A DNA stretch of 64,000 nt from an uncultured Candidatus Saccharibacteria bacterium (GTDB lineage: Bacteria > Patescibacteriota > Minisyncoccia > Phycocordibacterales > UBA9973), in NCBI GenBank assembly GCA_964610995.1, contig CAZSWF010000002.1:6338-70337 (forward strand), read 5' to 3'. Each line of letters begins with the position of its first letter. The first letter of the stretch is position 1. A program made the translations under genes and the position numbers. Under the pieces are notes generated by a model. The model was given only the letters and a program-made list of their open reading frames with translations, searched no databases and was not told the origin of the DNA. Below, one piece after another: positions 9,537 to 18,640 of the stretch.

Positions 9537-10239
9537 TTATACTTTGAGCTGTGCTATGTCACCAGTACGCAGTTTCTTGGTCGTGCCAGGCTTCATCATA
9601 CCGAGCATAAGATGTCCTATAGCGATACGGGTGAGCGACTCAATCGTGAGTTTACACGCATCGCACATACGTCTGATCTGGTGCTTGCGTCCTTCATGGA
9701 GTGTGATGAGAAATGACGTTCGGGATCCACGCGAGACTTCTGCGGGCTTGGTCTTGACCTTGTCGAGCACAATACCTTGTGCCATACGCAGGAGTGCTGC
9801 ATCTGGTACCGACTCACGAACCACTACACGATATGTTTTGCCCACGGACGAACCAACTCTCGTCAATGCCTTGGTCAGTGTACCGTCATTGGTCATGATG
9901 ATGAGGCCTTCACTGTCTTTGTCGAGTCGACCGATAGGTGCGAGGTGTTTGAGGGTGGGGAACTGATCATGCAAGTCTCTGGTACCAGAACTTGTTTTGG
10001 TCGTTTCTATGCCACGAGGTTTGTACACGAGATACGACTCCTTGGCCTGTGTGTCTGCGATCTCTATCACGTCACGATCAAGCACAATGCCGTGCCCTGG
10101 TTCAGTCACGAGTACACCATTGACGCGTACCTTACCAGACACAATTAGCGCTTTTGCTTCACGACGAGATGCAAGCCCTCGATGTGCAATCGCACGCTCG
10201 AGACGTTCGCAACCAGCAGGGAGGGTAGAAGGTGTTTTC
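9537..10239 (-). CDS. pseudouridine synthase, RsuA/RluB family
   Basis: S4 domain (GRLDKDSEGLIIMTNDG) plus the catalytic HEGRKHQIRRM motif. The start is set at MKTPSTL. Confidence 0.8.
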
Positions 10240-10315
10240 ATGACTAAAGTATAGCAAAAATAAAAACATATGTACACAAGAAGTCAAGACTGTGTAGGGT
10301 GTATGATGCGACCAT

Positions 10316-10657
10316 ATGCAGACAGACAACAACTACAAACCATTCCTGACCGCCCTTATTATCATTGGGATTATCATCATTATCATGCTCGCACGCCCAC
10401 ATGTAGGCCAGCAGCGTTCGTACTCTATGAACGGGTACAACCTCAGTGCGAGCGCGACTCGCTACATGCCCATAGAGCCCACACATGGCACCTACAGCGT
10501 GATCCGATACATCCCCGAGCGTCGTACTATACCGACCTCATACAACTACTCATACACAGACGGATACAGCACTGACACGAGCAGCGGGGTTATGTTCCCA
10601 GATGGATGCACGCTCACGAGTCCGTACAGTCTCACGACAGGACTGCCGTGTAGTTAA
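10316..10657 (+). CDS. hypothetical membrane-anchored/secreted small protein
   Basis: N-terminal hydrophobic stretch ALIIIGIIIIIML and a Tyr/Ser/Thr-rich C-terminus ending GCTLTSPYSLTTGLPCS. Confidence 0.4.
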   Translation: MQTDNNYKPFLTALIIIGIIIIIMLARPHVGQQRSYSMNGYNLSASATRYMPIEPTHGTYSVIRYIPERRTIPTSYNYSYTDGYSTDTSSGVMFPDGCTLTSPYSLTTGLPCS

Positions 10658-10665
10658 ACAAAAAA

Positions 10666-10701
10666 ACATCCCCGCGATATGCGGGGATGTTGTGTATTTT
10701 T
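10666..10701. terminator. bidirectional rho-independent terminator
   Basis: ACATCCCCGC-gatat-GCGGGGATGT hairpin flanked by an A-run upstream and a T-rich tract downstream, lying between convergent genes. Confidence 0.7.
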
Positions 10702-10704
10702 ACA

Positions 10705-11229
10705 TTAGACTCCTTGCAAGAATCCAGCGCAACTATTGGCATTGCCTGGCATAGTAAGCCCTACACCATAATCCCAACTTCCACTTGTACAGAAGAAAAG
10801 GAAATGCCGTTCACAGGTCCAAGTAGCAGTACCATATGTAATCGTGCCATTACCATTGACCTCACACCAAAATTTTTCTCTTCTCCTATTGAACAGTCCC
10901 GAGGTCTTTACGAGTGATTCTTGTGTACCGGTATCGATAGAAGTTGTTTCTTTTATTGGAGAAACTATTGGAGAAACTTGAGTTTCTGATGAAGGTTCTG
11001 TTTTATTTGGGCCAGCAGGATCAACTACAAGATCGGTTTTTTGAGGCAACAAAACTCCTCCCTTAGGTACAGTGGTACTATTATTAACAGCAGGACCAAT
11101 CCTTTGATTGGTACCTAGAGGTACAATTTTTGATGTCTGTGCTGGCTGAGGATCTATACCGCGACCAATACTCATTACAACTACCACAATAGCAAGTGTA
11201 GCGACACTTATTCCAATAATTTTCTTCAT
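10705..11229 (-). CDS. hypothetical secreted Cys-rich protein
   Basis: N-terminal signal/TM segment MKKIIGISVATLAIVVVVMSIG and a C-terminal Cys-rich segment (WCEVNGNGTITYGTATWTCE...NANSCAGF). Confidence 0.5.
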   Translation of the reverse strand: MKKIIGISVATLAIVVVVMSIGRGIDPQPAQTSKIVPLGTNQRIGPAVNNSTTVPKGGVLLPQKTDLVVDPAGPNKTEPSSETQVSPIVSPIKETTSIDTGTQESLVKTSGLFNRRREKFWCEVNGNGTITYGTATWTCERHFLFFCTSGSWDYGVGLTMPGNANSCAGFLQGV

Positions 11230-11803
11230 TACTATAAATAATTACTTCTAATGCCCGTAGTATACTAGCAAAACGCATTTTGCCATAGAAAAACCCTTGC
11301 TTGGTAGCAAGGGCTAAGGGGTTGTAAAAACGATACGGAGTACCCTGTATCAATCTCATAATACGCTGATTGGAGAGATGTTGTAGTATCCACTTCTTTT
11401 TACTGAAAATGGTTTTCGATCGATATCGTACTACACCACTGACACCTTCGTATGAATAAATGATGTTTATACCATTTTTCAACAAAAACGTATCGAGTCT
11501 TTTGGGATCTTGGGTCACCCAAATATGCCTCCATGCACCAGTGGCTTGTACGGGGCTCAGAGCTATATCGTACCTGGTGGGAATCCCAGTCATAATACGC
11601 GGCAAGTCCTTGCTGATAGGAGTGCAATAGCTAACGTATGCAATGAAGCGTTCAGTTTTAGAAAGGGTAGATAGCCTTTGAGAGGTTCCGGTCTTGATCA
11701 TTCCACAAGCAGCAATCAAGAGGTACAAGAGTTTTTTCATGGCAATATTTTTAATGATGAAAATTGTTTTGTTTATACTAAAATAAATATGGACATATGT
11801 CAA
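11084..11803 (-). CDS. hypothetical lipoprotein (3' end uncertain)
   Basis: Probable start MKKLLYLLIAACG (lipobox LIAAC) near 11740. The ORF reads through a terminator-like hairpin at 11289-11309 and overlaps the next gene by about 146 bp, so its 3' end is unclear. Confidence 0.45.
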   Translation of the reverse strand: MTYVHIYFSINKTIFIIKNIAMKKLLYLLIAACGMIKTGTSQRLSTLSKTERFIAYVSYCTPISKDLPRIMTGIPTRYDIALSPVQATGAWRHIWVTQDPKRLDTFLLKNGINIIYSYEGVSGVVRYRSKTIFSKKKWILQHLSNQRIMRLIQGTPYRFYNPLALATKQGFFYGKMRFASILRALEVIIYSNEENYWNKCRYTCYCGSCNEYWSRYRSSASTDIKNCTSRYQSKDWSCC

Positions 11804-11850
11804 GTTTGTGTTACTCTATACTTTTATACAAGCGTGATAAAATAAATAAC

Positions 11851-12519
11851 ATGAACATCCTCATCATTGATGATGACGCAGATATACGCTCGTATCTTTG
11901 CGAAGCATTTCTTGATGAAGGATTTATAGTTGATGAAGCTGCAGATGGTTATACTGGCCTACAAAAAGCTCGCATGTCTCAATATGACATCATCGTGCTC
12001 GACTACAACCTTCCACATAAAACAGGTGCAGATATTTGCACAGAAGTGCGCCGGACCAACACCACTACTCGCATTATCATGCTCTCGATTGTCGGCACTG
12101 TTCCTGTGAAAGTCGACTTGCTCAACAGTGGTGCTGATGACTACCTCACCAAGCCATTTGTGTTTAGTGAACTACTTGCACGAGTGCGTGCACTCTTGCG
12201 CAGACCAGAGAAACTCCAAGACCGTGTGCTCAATATGGGGACACTCACGCTCGACACCGATCGTCATCTCGTCACCAACAAAGATAAACAGATACTCCTG
12301 ACTCCCAAAGAATTTGCTCTTCTCGAATACTTTATGCGACATCCTGGACGCATACTCTCGCGTATGGCAATCCTCGAACATGTATGGGGAGTAAATGCAG
12401 ATCCATTTACCAATACCATAGAAACACATGTATTGAACTTGCGTCGCAAGCTCGGTGATCAAACAAATAAAGAAATTATCCACACGATACCTGGTGTCGG
12501 ATACAAGATAGTAGGGTAG
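11851..12519 (+). CDS. OmpR-family response regulator
   Basis: MNILIIDDD receiver domain with a Lys-Pro-Phe motif and a C-terminal winged helix (LTPKEFALLEYFMRHPGRILSR...GYKIV). Confidence 0.85.
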   Translation: MNILIIDDDADIRSYLCEAFLDEGFIVDEAADGYTGLQKARMSQYDIIVLDYNLPHKTGADICTEVRRTNTTTRIIMLSIVGTVPVKVDLLNSGADDYLTKPFVFSELLARVRALLRRPEKLQDRVLNMGTLTLDTDRHLVTNKDKQILLTPKEFALLEYFMRHPGRILSRMAILEHVWGVNADPFTNTIETHVLNLRRKLGDQTNKEIIHTIPGVGYKIVG

Positions 12520-12546
12520 TAGTGCGCTATACTATAGAGATAGAGG

Positions 12547-13332
12547 ATGCTCGAGTCCCGAGTATGGTCCATGCGCTCCAAAAAACAGGTGCCGGCACAC
12601 AGCCAGCACATCCATCAACTTGAAAAGATTCGCGAGTTGTATAGATTCGCAGAGTTTGGCCGACTATCGTCTGGTCTTTTTCATGACATCATCAACCCGT
12701 TGACTGCTGTGTTGTTAAACATAGAACAAGCTCGCTCGAACCACCACAACCTTACAAAGGTCAAGAAGTGTCTCGACCAGGCATGCGGTGCGGCGCATCA
12801 TATGGAGCGATTTATTGTTGCGATCAAGCACCAACTCCACGACGAGAAAACACTCGCATACTTTTGCCCATGTACAGAGATCAGATCGGTCGGAGACATT
12901 CTCTCGCACAAAGCTCGTCTCGCGGGTGTGCGACTATCGTTTTCATTGACGGCTACCACACCACTCTATGGCAGTACTACACATTGGACACAGATCATGC
13001 TCAACCTCATCAGTAACGCGATCGATGCATACGACGACTCTGATCAGAAAAAACGACAACGTGTCGTCAGTGTCACGTGTACCAGTGTTGATGCCATGCT
13101 CGAGTGCACGGTATCCGATCATGGTGTAGGTATCGCACGATGTCATTTGCGCAAAATATTTGATGCATTTTTCAGTACGAAAATAACCTGCATGGACAAG
13201 GGGACAGGGGTAGGGCTGTCTATCGCCAAAGACTTGGTAGAAAAAGAGTTTGGTGGCACGATCACCGTACAGAGTGTGCGACGGTATGGCACGACGTTTA
13301 CCGTGAGCATACCGATACTCCGGAAACTTTAG
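12547..13332 (+). CDS. sensor histidine kinase (soluble, no TM predicted)
   Basis: H-box FHDIINPLT, N-box NLISNAIDA, G1 DHGVGI and G2 GTGVGLSIAKDLV. It lies downstream of the response regulator. Confidence 0.8.
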   Translation: MLESRVWSMRSKKQVPAHSQHIHQLEKIRELYRFAEFGRLSSGLFHDIINPLTAVLLNIEQARSNHHNLTKVKKCLDQACGAAHHMERFIVAIKHQLHDEKTLAYFCPCTEIRSVGDILSHKARLAGVRLSFSLTATTPLYGSTTHWTQIMLNLISNAIDAYDDSDQKKRQRVVSVTCTSVDAMLECTVSDHGVGIARCHLRKIFDAFFSTKITCMDKGTGVGLSIAKDLVEKEFGGTITVQSVRRYGTTFTVSIPILRKL

Positions 13333-13389
13333 GAAATCTTTATTTTTTATTTATCGTATCTTTATACACGGTGGCTATACTACCACCAT

Positions 13390-13545
13390 ATGCATCACCA
13401 CGATCTCTACGACTATCGTTGTACGTGCGGCAAACTCTTGTGCAAGGGCGCAATCATCCAAGGCATCGTCGAGGTCAAATGTAAACATTGCCACGAAGTC
13501 ATGCGGTTTTCGGGAACAACAAGGACGCCATATCCGGTATATTGA
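13390..13545 (+). CDS. Com-like zinc-ribbon small protein (51 aa; not in ORF track)
   Basis: My manual translation gives MHHHDLYDYRCTCGKLLCKGAIIQGIVEVKCKHCHEVMRFSGTTRTPYPVY*. This is a CxCGK...CKHC two-pair zinc ribbon like phage Mu Com-family regulators. Confidence 0.55.
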   Translation: MHHHDLYDYRCTCGKLLCKGAIIQGIVEVKCKHCHEVMRFSGTTRTPYPVY

Positions 13546-13601
13546 CTTTATCTACTTTTTATGTACAATATAGGCAAACAAACCCCTTAAACTTTTTACG
13601 T

Positions 13602-13982
13602 ATGGCTCTTTTATTGAAAGAAATTACAACAGAGAGAATCTCTAAACAACAGTTTACAAAGTACCTCAAAAATGAATTACTTCCTTGTGAGGAACACGCC
13701 TGGTGCCGACAGCAAGCGCAAGAAATCTTTGCCATGTTTGGCCCACACTTTTGTGTACATGTTGCATGTGTCTTAACGCATGGCGTACAGATCGAAAGGT
13801 TTGGCATCGTACACAAAGCACTCAAGAGGGTATACTTCAAGCACAACCTTGATCATCTGAATGTGTACAGGTTAGATACACGCCACATCGAACTCATCAG
13901 AAAAGAGCTGCAAATTTGTGCAGCAGGATTTGAAACAAAAACAAAGCAAAGAAAAGAGATGCCAGCTAAACAAGTAGCTTAA
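13602..13982 (+). CDS. hypothetical protein downstream of Com-like ORF
   Basis: ORF with start trimmed to MALLLKEIT, Cys/His-rich, with no recognisable motif. A strong terminator follows it. Confidence 0.4.
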   Translation: MALLLKEITTERISKQQFTKYLKNELLPCEEHAWCRQQAQEIFAMFGPHFCVHVACVLTHGVQIERFGIVHKALKRVYFKHNLDHLNVYRLDTRHIELIRKELQICAAGFETKTKQRKEMPAKQVA

Positions 13983-14005
13983 GTATCACAACAAAAGAGA
14001 ACTGG

Positions 14006-14031
14006 CCCCGCATGTAGATGCGGGGTTTTTA
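14006..14031 (+). terminator. rho-independent terminator
   Basis: CCCCGCAT-gtag-ATGCGGGG followed by TTTTTAAT. Confidence 0.7.
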
Positions 14032-14139
14032 ATATGTAGAATGTACTCCCTATATAGTGTCGTAAAAGATATATTGTGCGACGTTAATAGCATAGAGAGG
14101 AAGGGCCGACAAAGCCCTTCTCCCTCTCTGTTTACAGAT

Positions 14140-15027
14140 CTACTTTTGATATTGTGCTAAACACGTATTGAACCCAGAAACTTGTGTATTGTACTGTTTG
14201 ATTTGTTCTTGTGAGATAACAAGGGTAGTGTTGTACTCTGACACAAGCTTGTTGAAAGCTTCGACCTCTCTTCGGTACTCTTCCCCGCCGGGGTGCCCAG
14301 GAGTTTCGAGACGAGCCTTTTCAGTTACTATTTGTACTTGTCGAGCTTTAAGATCAGCATTCATTGCATCAATTTTTTTCTTGAGTACCGGATCAATCAA
14401 CGGACACGCGTTTCGTCCAGTACCAAAGTGCTGCACTGCAAACCATACCTCACGACCTTGATATTGCGCTTTGACTGCGTACACTCCTATTTCCTGATAA
14501 TTAGGATTGAGAATATTGGCACGGTGCCCCGGACTCTGCATCCACGCTTTGACAACATCAGTACTCTCTTCAAACACACCAAGTGCGAGATTTTCACCCA
14601 TTACCACATACTCATACCCAGCATCTCTTCCCAAATCTGAAACACTTTTACCTGATGGTGAATCATGTTCAAAGTATTGCTTGTCAATCATATCGTTGGT
14701 TTTCACTAATGCAGACGTTTCAAGTTTGACGTTGATCTGTAGCGGCAAAAGCCCAGCATTGATACGCTCAATATTGGTCGCATCAACAATTCCACTACTC
14801 GTGATGGCGTCCGTGTCGCGAACGTTGGTATGTATGATTCCCAGAGGTGCAATACTCTGCACATATGAACTTATAGACCTTGGAACAAGTGGAGAGGCAC
14901 TTTCTTTTTGTATAATAGAATCGAGTACTTGATTCGCAAATTTAGTACTAACGTCGGGAACTACCAACGTGACAAGGAGCATCACGATTGCACTACCGAT
15001 GAAAATGTTACTGAATGTCTTGTACAT
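14140..15027 (-). CDS. CAP/SCP/PR1-like domain protein, membrane anchored
   Basis: N-terminal TM segment and C-terminal GENLALGV...AWMQSPGHRANILNPNYQEIGVYAV, the CAP-domain signature. Confidence 0.7.
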   Translation of the reverse strand: MYKTFSNIFIGSAIVMLLVTLVVPDVSTKFANQVLDSIIQKESASPLVPRSISSYVQSIAPLGIIHTNVRDTDAITSSGIVDATNIERINAGLLPLQINVKLETSALVKTNDMIDKQYFEHDSPSGKSVSDLGRDAGYEYVVMGENLALGVFEESTDVVKAWMQSPGHRANILNPNYQEIGVYAVKAQYQGREVWFAVQHFGTGRNACPLIDPVLKKKIDAMNADLKARQVQIVTEKARLETPGHPGGEEYRREVEAFNKLVSEYNTTLVISQEQIKQYNTQVSGFNTCLAQYQK

Positions 15028-15028
15028 G

Positions 15029-15427
15029 TTAGCAGTTTGCAGGTGTATACCCCTGCAGCGTAGCATCTTCTATCGTCTGAAACCAGATACGATTTTCCGG
15101 CTTGATACGTTGGAGGCCGGCACAATCCGGGGTGTAGTATTTAGTACCATTTTTAGAACCCGCAAAGGCTCCTTGGGGTGTATCTGAAGAGGTTGTAGTC
15201 GTACCAGAAGGGGTCGTAGCTCCCAGTACCGCCCCTTTCCCTAGTTTTTCTACTGGTATAGTAAGACTAGAAACAACCTCTGGAGCGCAGCGCAACTCTA
15301 TACCACTCTGTGCCCTCTTGTCACCAAAACTGCCGTATAACATTCCACAATAAAAAGCCAATCCGGCAATAGAGAGGATCAGTACTACAAAAAAGGGTTG
15401 ATAATACTTGGTCAAAAAGGCTTGCAT
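15029..15427 (-). CDS. membrane-anchored protein with C-terminal small Cys-containing domain
   Basis: Start trimmed to MQAFLTKYY. One TM segment, a Thr/Ser-rich linker, and a C-terminal KYYTPDCAGLQRIKPENRIWFQTIEDATLQGYTPA (Ada/'sunset'-like small domain). It is adjacent to the CAP gene. Confidence 0.45.
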   Translation of the reverse strand: MQAFLTKYYQPFFVVLILSIAGLAFYCGMLYGSFGDKRAQSGIELRCAPEVVSSLTIPVEKLGKGAVLGATTPSGTTTTSSDTPQGAFAGSKNGTKYYTPDCAGLQRIKPENRIWFQTIEDATLQGYTPANC

Positions 15428-15505
15428 ACTGTACCTGCTAGTATACCCTACCCTTCTAAAGAGTGCATTGACAGGAAGGCGTATTGTAGGGTAAGATAGG
15501 CACCT

Positions 15506-15784
15506 ATGGCACATAAGAAAGCCCAAGGAGCAGCAAAAAACCTTACGGATTCAAACCCGCAATATCTCGGTACTAAACTCTATGATGGCCAGTTTGCAAC
15601 AGCTGGTTCTATCATCGTGCGTCAGCGTGGCACCAAAATCCTCGCGGGTACCGCAGTAGGTATTGGGAAAGATCACACTCTCTACGCACTCAAGGATGGC
15701 ACTGTGAAGTTCAGTAGCAAGCGCAAACAAAACTTCAACGGTACTACCTCTGTTCGCAAAGCTGCAAACATTATCGAGCAATAA
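15506..15784 (+). CDS. rpmA: 50S ribosomal protein L27
   Basis: [22 protein letters not shown]...[11 protein letters not shown]...[16 protein letters not shown] aligns to L27. Confidence 0.9.
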   Translation: MAHKKAQGAAKNLTDSNPQYLGTKLYDGQFATAGSIIVRQRGTKILAGTAVGIGKDHTLYALKDGTVKFSSKRKQNFNGTTSVRKAANIIEQ

Positions 15785-15807
15785 CATACATCCCTCACAT
15801 GAGGGAT

Positions 15808-16254
15808 TTATTGTTGGACTATATCTATAGTAAATGTAGAGTGGTAGCCGTCATCAGCGACATCAATACGGTACTGCCCTACTTTCTTGATCGGACCGTT
15901 CTGTACCGTCATAAGCTTGGGATCAAGTGAGATACGGTGCGCGGACATAAGGTAGGCTGCAACGTCGCTCGTATCTATTTTTGAAAACAAGTTACCTTGA
16001 TCGTTGGCCTTGACCGGCATAGTAACAGCAAGGTCTCGCACGGTGTTGATAGCTTCATCAAGTAGCTTGTGGTGCAGAGCTCGCTCACTGACCATGCTTG
16101 CCTGACGACGTTTGAGCTCACCAAGCGCTTTTTCGGTAGCAAGAATTGCAAGTTTTTTTGGAAAAAGTGAATGCTCAGCATAGCCTTGTGCGACATCGAC
16201 AACGTCATACTTTTTACCTACTTTTTGTACATTTTGTTTAAGAATAACTTTCAT
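15808..16254 (-). CDS. rplI: 50S ribosomal protein L9
   Basis: MKVILKQNVQKVGKKYDVVDVAQGYA...GNLFSKIDTSDVA matches the L9 N- and C-domain pattern. Confidence 0.85.
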   Translation of the reverse strand: MKVILKQNVQKVGKKYDVVDVAQGYAEHSLFPKKLAILATEKALGELKRRQASMVSERALHHKLLDEAINTVRDLAVTMPVKANDQGNLFSKIDTSDVAAYLMSAHRISLDPKLMTVQNGPIKKVGQYRIDVADDGYHSTFTIDIVQQ

Positions 16255-16266
16255 ACAAGTGCTTAA

Positions 16267-17499
16267 CTATTTCTTAAAAAGTTCAATTGCTTTTTCTAGT
16301 TGAATATCACGATCATCCGTAGTTTCAGTAAATGGAATTTTTACACTCGGAGTAAGTCCACTATCAGAAATAGAAACACCTTGTGGGGTATACCATTTTG
16401 CAACAGTGATCTTGAGCGAGGTGTCTTTGGTGAGCTTGACCACTTCTTGGACCGATCCTTTGCCATATGTTTGTTCTCCAGCTAGTATACCGATCCCTTG
16501 TTCAGAGAGTGCCCCTGCAAGAATCTCCGACGCAGATGCAGAGCCCTTGTCGACCAAAACAACTAGCTTTGATCCTTTTGGAAAGAGAATTGGCCCCTTG
16601 CTTGTGTGCACAGAAACATCAGTTTCAGTTTTACCAATCTCTTTGACAATTACTTGCCCCTCAGGAATAAACCATCCAGCAATAGTAACTGCTGCATCGA
16701 GGTATCCTCCAGGGTTGCCACGTAAATCAAGCACAAGATTTGTGTACCCAGAGTTACGATACTCACGAAGCGCATCATAAAAAAGTTGTGGTGACTGCGC
16801 AGAGAAGTTGTACAAATGAATAACAAACGTCTGAGTGTCTGCGCGCTGCTCAGTGTCTACGGTGGGCAAATCAATGTTTTCTCGGGTCACTGTAAACACG
16901 CGAGGCGCCGGAAGTCCTTCACGGACAATAGTCAGATCGACAGTTGTCCCCGCCTTGCCCCTGATCAATGAAATTGCCTTATCGATACCAAGCTCGTTGG
17001 TACTCGTCTCTCCAATCGCAATGATCTTGTCGGCTGCACGCAACCCTGCCCGTTCTGCGGGGGTATCTTTCAGTGGAGCAATAATGGTTAACACGCCATC
17101 CTTCTCCCCTATTTCGATACCGATACCATCAAACGTGCCTGCGATTTCTGACTCAAAAATCTCATTTTCTGAAGGAGTAAAAAAAGTGGTGTACGGATCA
17201 TCAAATGACGCGAGCATACCCTTGATTGCACCGTATACACGGTCCTGGGCACTAGTCTCGTCTGCATCGGCAAGCTTTTCATCCACCACAGCCCATGCCT
17301 TCCAGAATGGATCAAAGTCGGTGGTCTGTGCCACGAGTGAGTCTTTGTGGATCACTGAGGTTATACGCTGTGCGATGGGACGATTCTCATAGCCTACATA
17401 TACACCGACGAAAAAAAGTACTCCTCCTAAAAGAAGTGTTTTAACCATCTGTAGTGCTCGAGCTTTTTTGTTAGATTGTTGTTCCATGAATACTCTCAT
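16267..17499 (-). CDS. ctpA: carboxyl-terminal processing protease (S41)
   Basis: PDZ domain plus LDLRGNPGGYL and VLVDKGSASASEILAGAL, which are S41 catalytic motifs. N-terminal TM segment. The exact start is uncertain. Confidence 0.8.
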   Translation of the reverse strand: MRVFMEQQSNKKARALQMVKTLLLGGVLFFVGVYVGYENRPIAQRITSVIHKDSLVAQTTDFDPFWKAWAVVDEKLADADETSAQDRVYGAIKGMLASFDDPYTTFFTPSENEIFESEIAGTFDGIGIEIGEKDGVLTIIAPLKDTPAERAGLRAADKIIAIGETSTNELGIDKAISLIRGKAGTTVDLTIVREGLPAPRVFTVTRENIDLPTVDTEQRADTQTFVIHLYNFSAQSPQLFYDALREYRNSGYTNLVLDLRGNPGGYLDAAVTIAGWFIPEGQVIVKEIGKTETDVSVHTSKGPILFPKGSKLVVLVDKGSASASEILAGALSEQGIGILAGEQTYGKGSVQEVVKLTKDTSLKITVAKWYTPQGVSISDSGLTPSVKIPFTETTDDRDIQLEKAIELFKK

Positions 17500-17704
17500 C
17501 AGTAGGTGCTAGAGGCTGTGGTGCACCTTGGCGGAGCTCAAATCGTAGCTTCTTGTATGCGTATCTAAGTCGAAATGTCAGAATAATCAGGAGTATTCCA
17601 ATCCCTATAGTAAGTGCTGTCTTGATAACATCTACAACACCAAAAAATGGGAGGAATAACAATACAATCCCGATCCAAAGTAGTAGCCGTAATTTTCCAA
17701 CCAT
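17471..17704 (-). CDS. hypothetical small membrane protein
   Basis: 77 aa with two hydrophobic helices. Confidence 0.4.
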   Translation of the reverse strand: MVGKLRLLLWIGIVLLFLPFFGVVDVIKTALTIGIGILLIILTFRLRYAYKKLRFELRQGAPQPLAPTDESIHGTTI

Positions 17705-17725
17705 GGCCTCTAGTATACCAAAAAG

Positions 17726-18418
17726 TCAGGCGCTGTGGTAGTTCGGTGCAACCACTACTACAAACTCCCCTTTGACCTTGTCTGGATGCTCGGTGTAGTA
17801 TGCCAAAAGTTCGGCGGCAGTACCTCGCGGGTATTCTTCAAATGCTTTAGTCATCTCTCGCCCGATCATGAGCTGGCGAGCACCAAGTACATCTTTCAGG
17901 GCTTCCAATGTCTTCAAGACCCGGTGCGGTGATTCATAAAAAATGACCGTATGCTCAGTTTCTGCAATGTGTGCAAAGAGTGTCTGTCTCCCCTTCTTGT
18001 GTGGAATAAACCCCAAAAATTCAAAATGATTTCCAGGAAATCCTGATACAGAAAGTGCCGATACTACAGCTGATGCACCAGGTATTGGTACGATAGTTGC
18101 CTCTGGATATTTCTTGCGAAATTCGTCAATAAACAATGAGCCCGGATCAGATATCGCCGGAGTACCTGCATCTGTAACAAGTACCATAAATTCGTGTTCA
18201 GCGCATCGCTCCAATGCTTTGATTACCGCGGTGTCACTGCTCTGTGCGTGAGACGAAACGAACTCTTTTTTCCCTTGTATTTCTAAAAGCTTAAACAGTT
18301 GTCCTGTCGTACGTGTGTCTTCTGCAAGAACTAGTGTGGCCTGTTCAAGCACCTCCTTTGCCCGAAGTGTTATATCTTTGAGGTTCCCTATTGGAGTTGC
18401 GACAACAGAGAGAATCAT
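17726..18418 (-). CDS. rsmI: 16S rRNA (cytidine1402-2'-O)-methyltransferase
   Basis: MILSVVATPIGNLKDITLRA...LAEDTR is the RsmI/TP-methylase N-terminus. The start is set at the ATG 18416-18418 because the upstream ATG would overlap the tRNA. Confidence 0.8.
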   Translation of the reverse strand: MILSVVATPIGNLKDITLRAKEVLEQATLVLAEDTRTTGQLFKLLEIQGKKEFVSSHAQSSDTAVIKALERCAEHEFMVLVTDAGTPAISDPGSLFIDEFRKKYPEATIVPIPGASAVVSALSVSGFPGNHFEFLGFIPHKKGRQTLFAHIAETEHTVIFYESPHRVLKTLEALKDVLGARQLMIGREMTKAFEEYPRGTAAELLAYYTEHPDKVKGEFVVVVAPNYHSA

Positions 18419-18419
18419 G

Positions 18420-18491
18420 TGCGTGTACATGGAATCGAACCATGGACCTCTGTCTTATCAGGACAGCGTTCTACCACTGAACTATACACGC
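18420..18491 (-). tRNA. tRNA-Ile (anticodon GAT)
   Basis: Manual fold: acceptor GCGTGTA/TACACGC, D-arm GTTC-AGTGGTA-GAAC, anticodon stem CTGTC/GACAG with loop CTGATAA (GAT), T-arm CATGG-TTCGATT-CCATG, discriminator A. CCA is not encoded. Confidence 0.8.
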
Positions 18492-18640
18492 GTGGTGGCA
18501 TTACTATATCAAATTTTCAAGTTTTTTCAAGCATCAGACACTGTGCGAGTTGCCGTCTTGCGCAGGGCGTCTGGCCCGAGCAGGAGCAAAATTTCACCAG
18601 AAATTTATGCGACGGCAAGGCGTACAGTGCCTGATGCAAA

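Noticed and set aside
14096-14124. Imperfect hairpin GAAGGGC-cgacaaa-GCCCTTC between the upstream terminator and the CAP gene stop
   Set aside because: No adjacent U-tract on either strand, and the plus-strand gene already has a strong terminator at 14006-14031.
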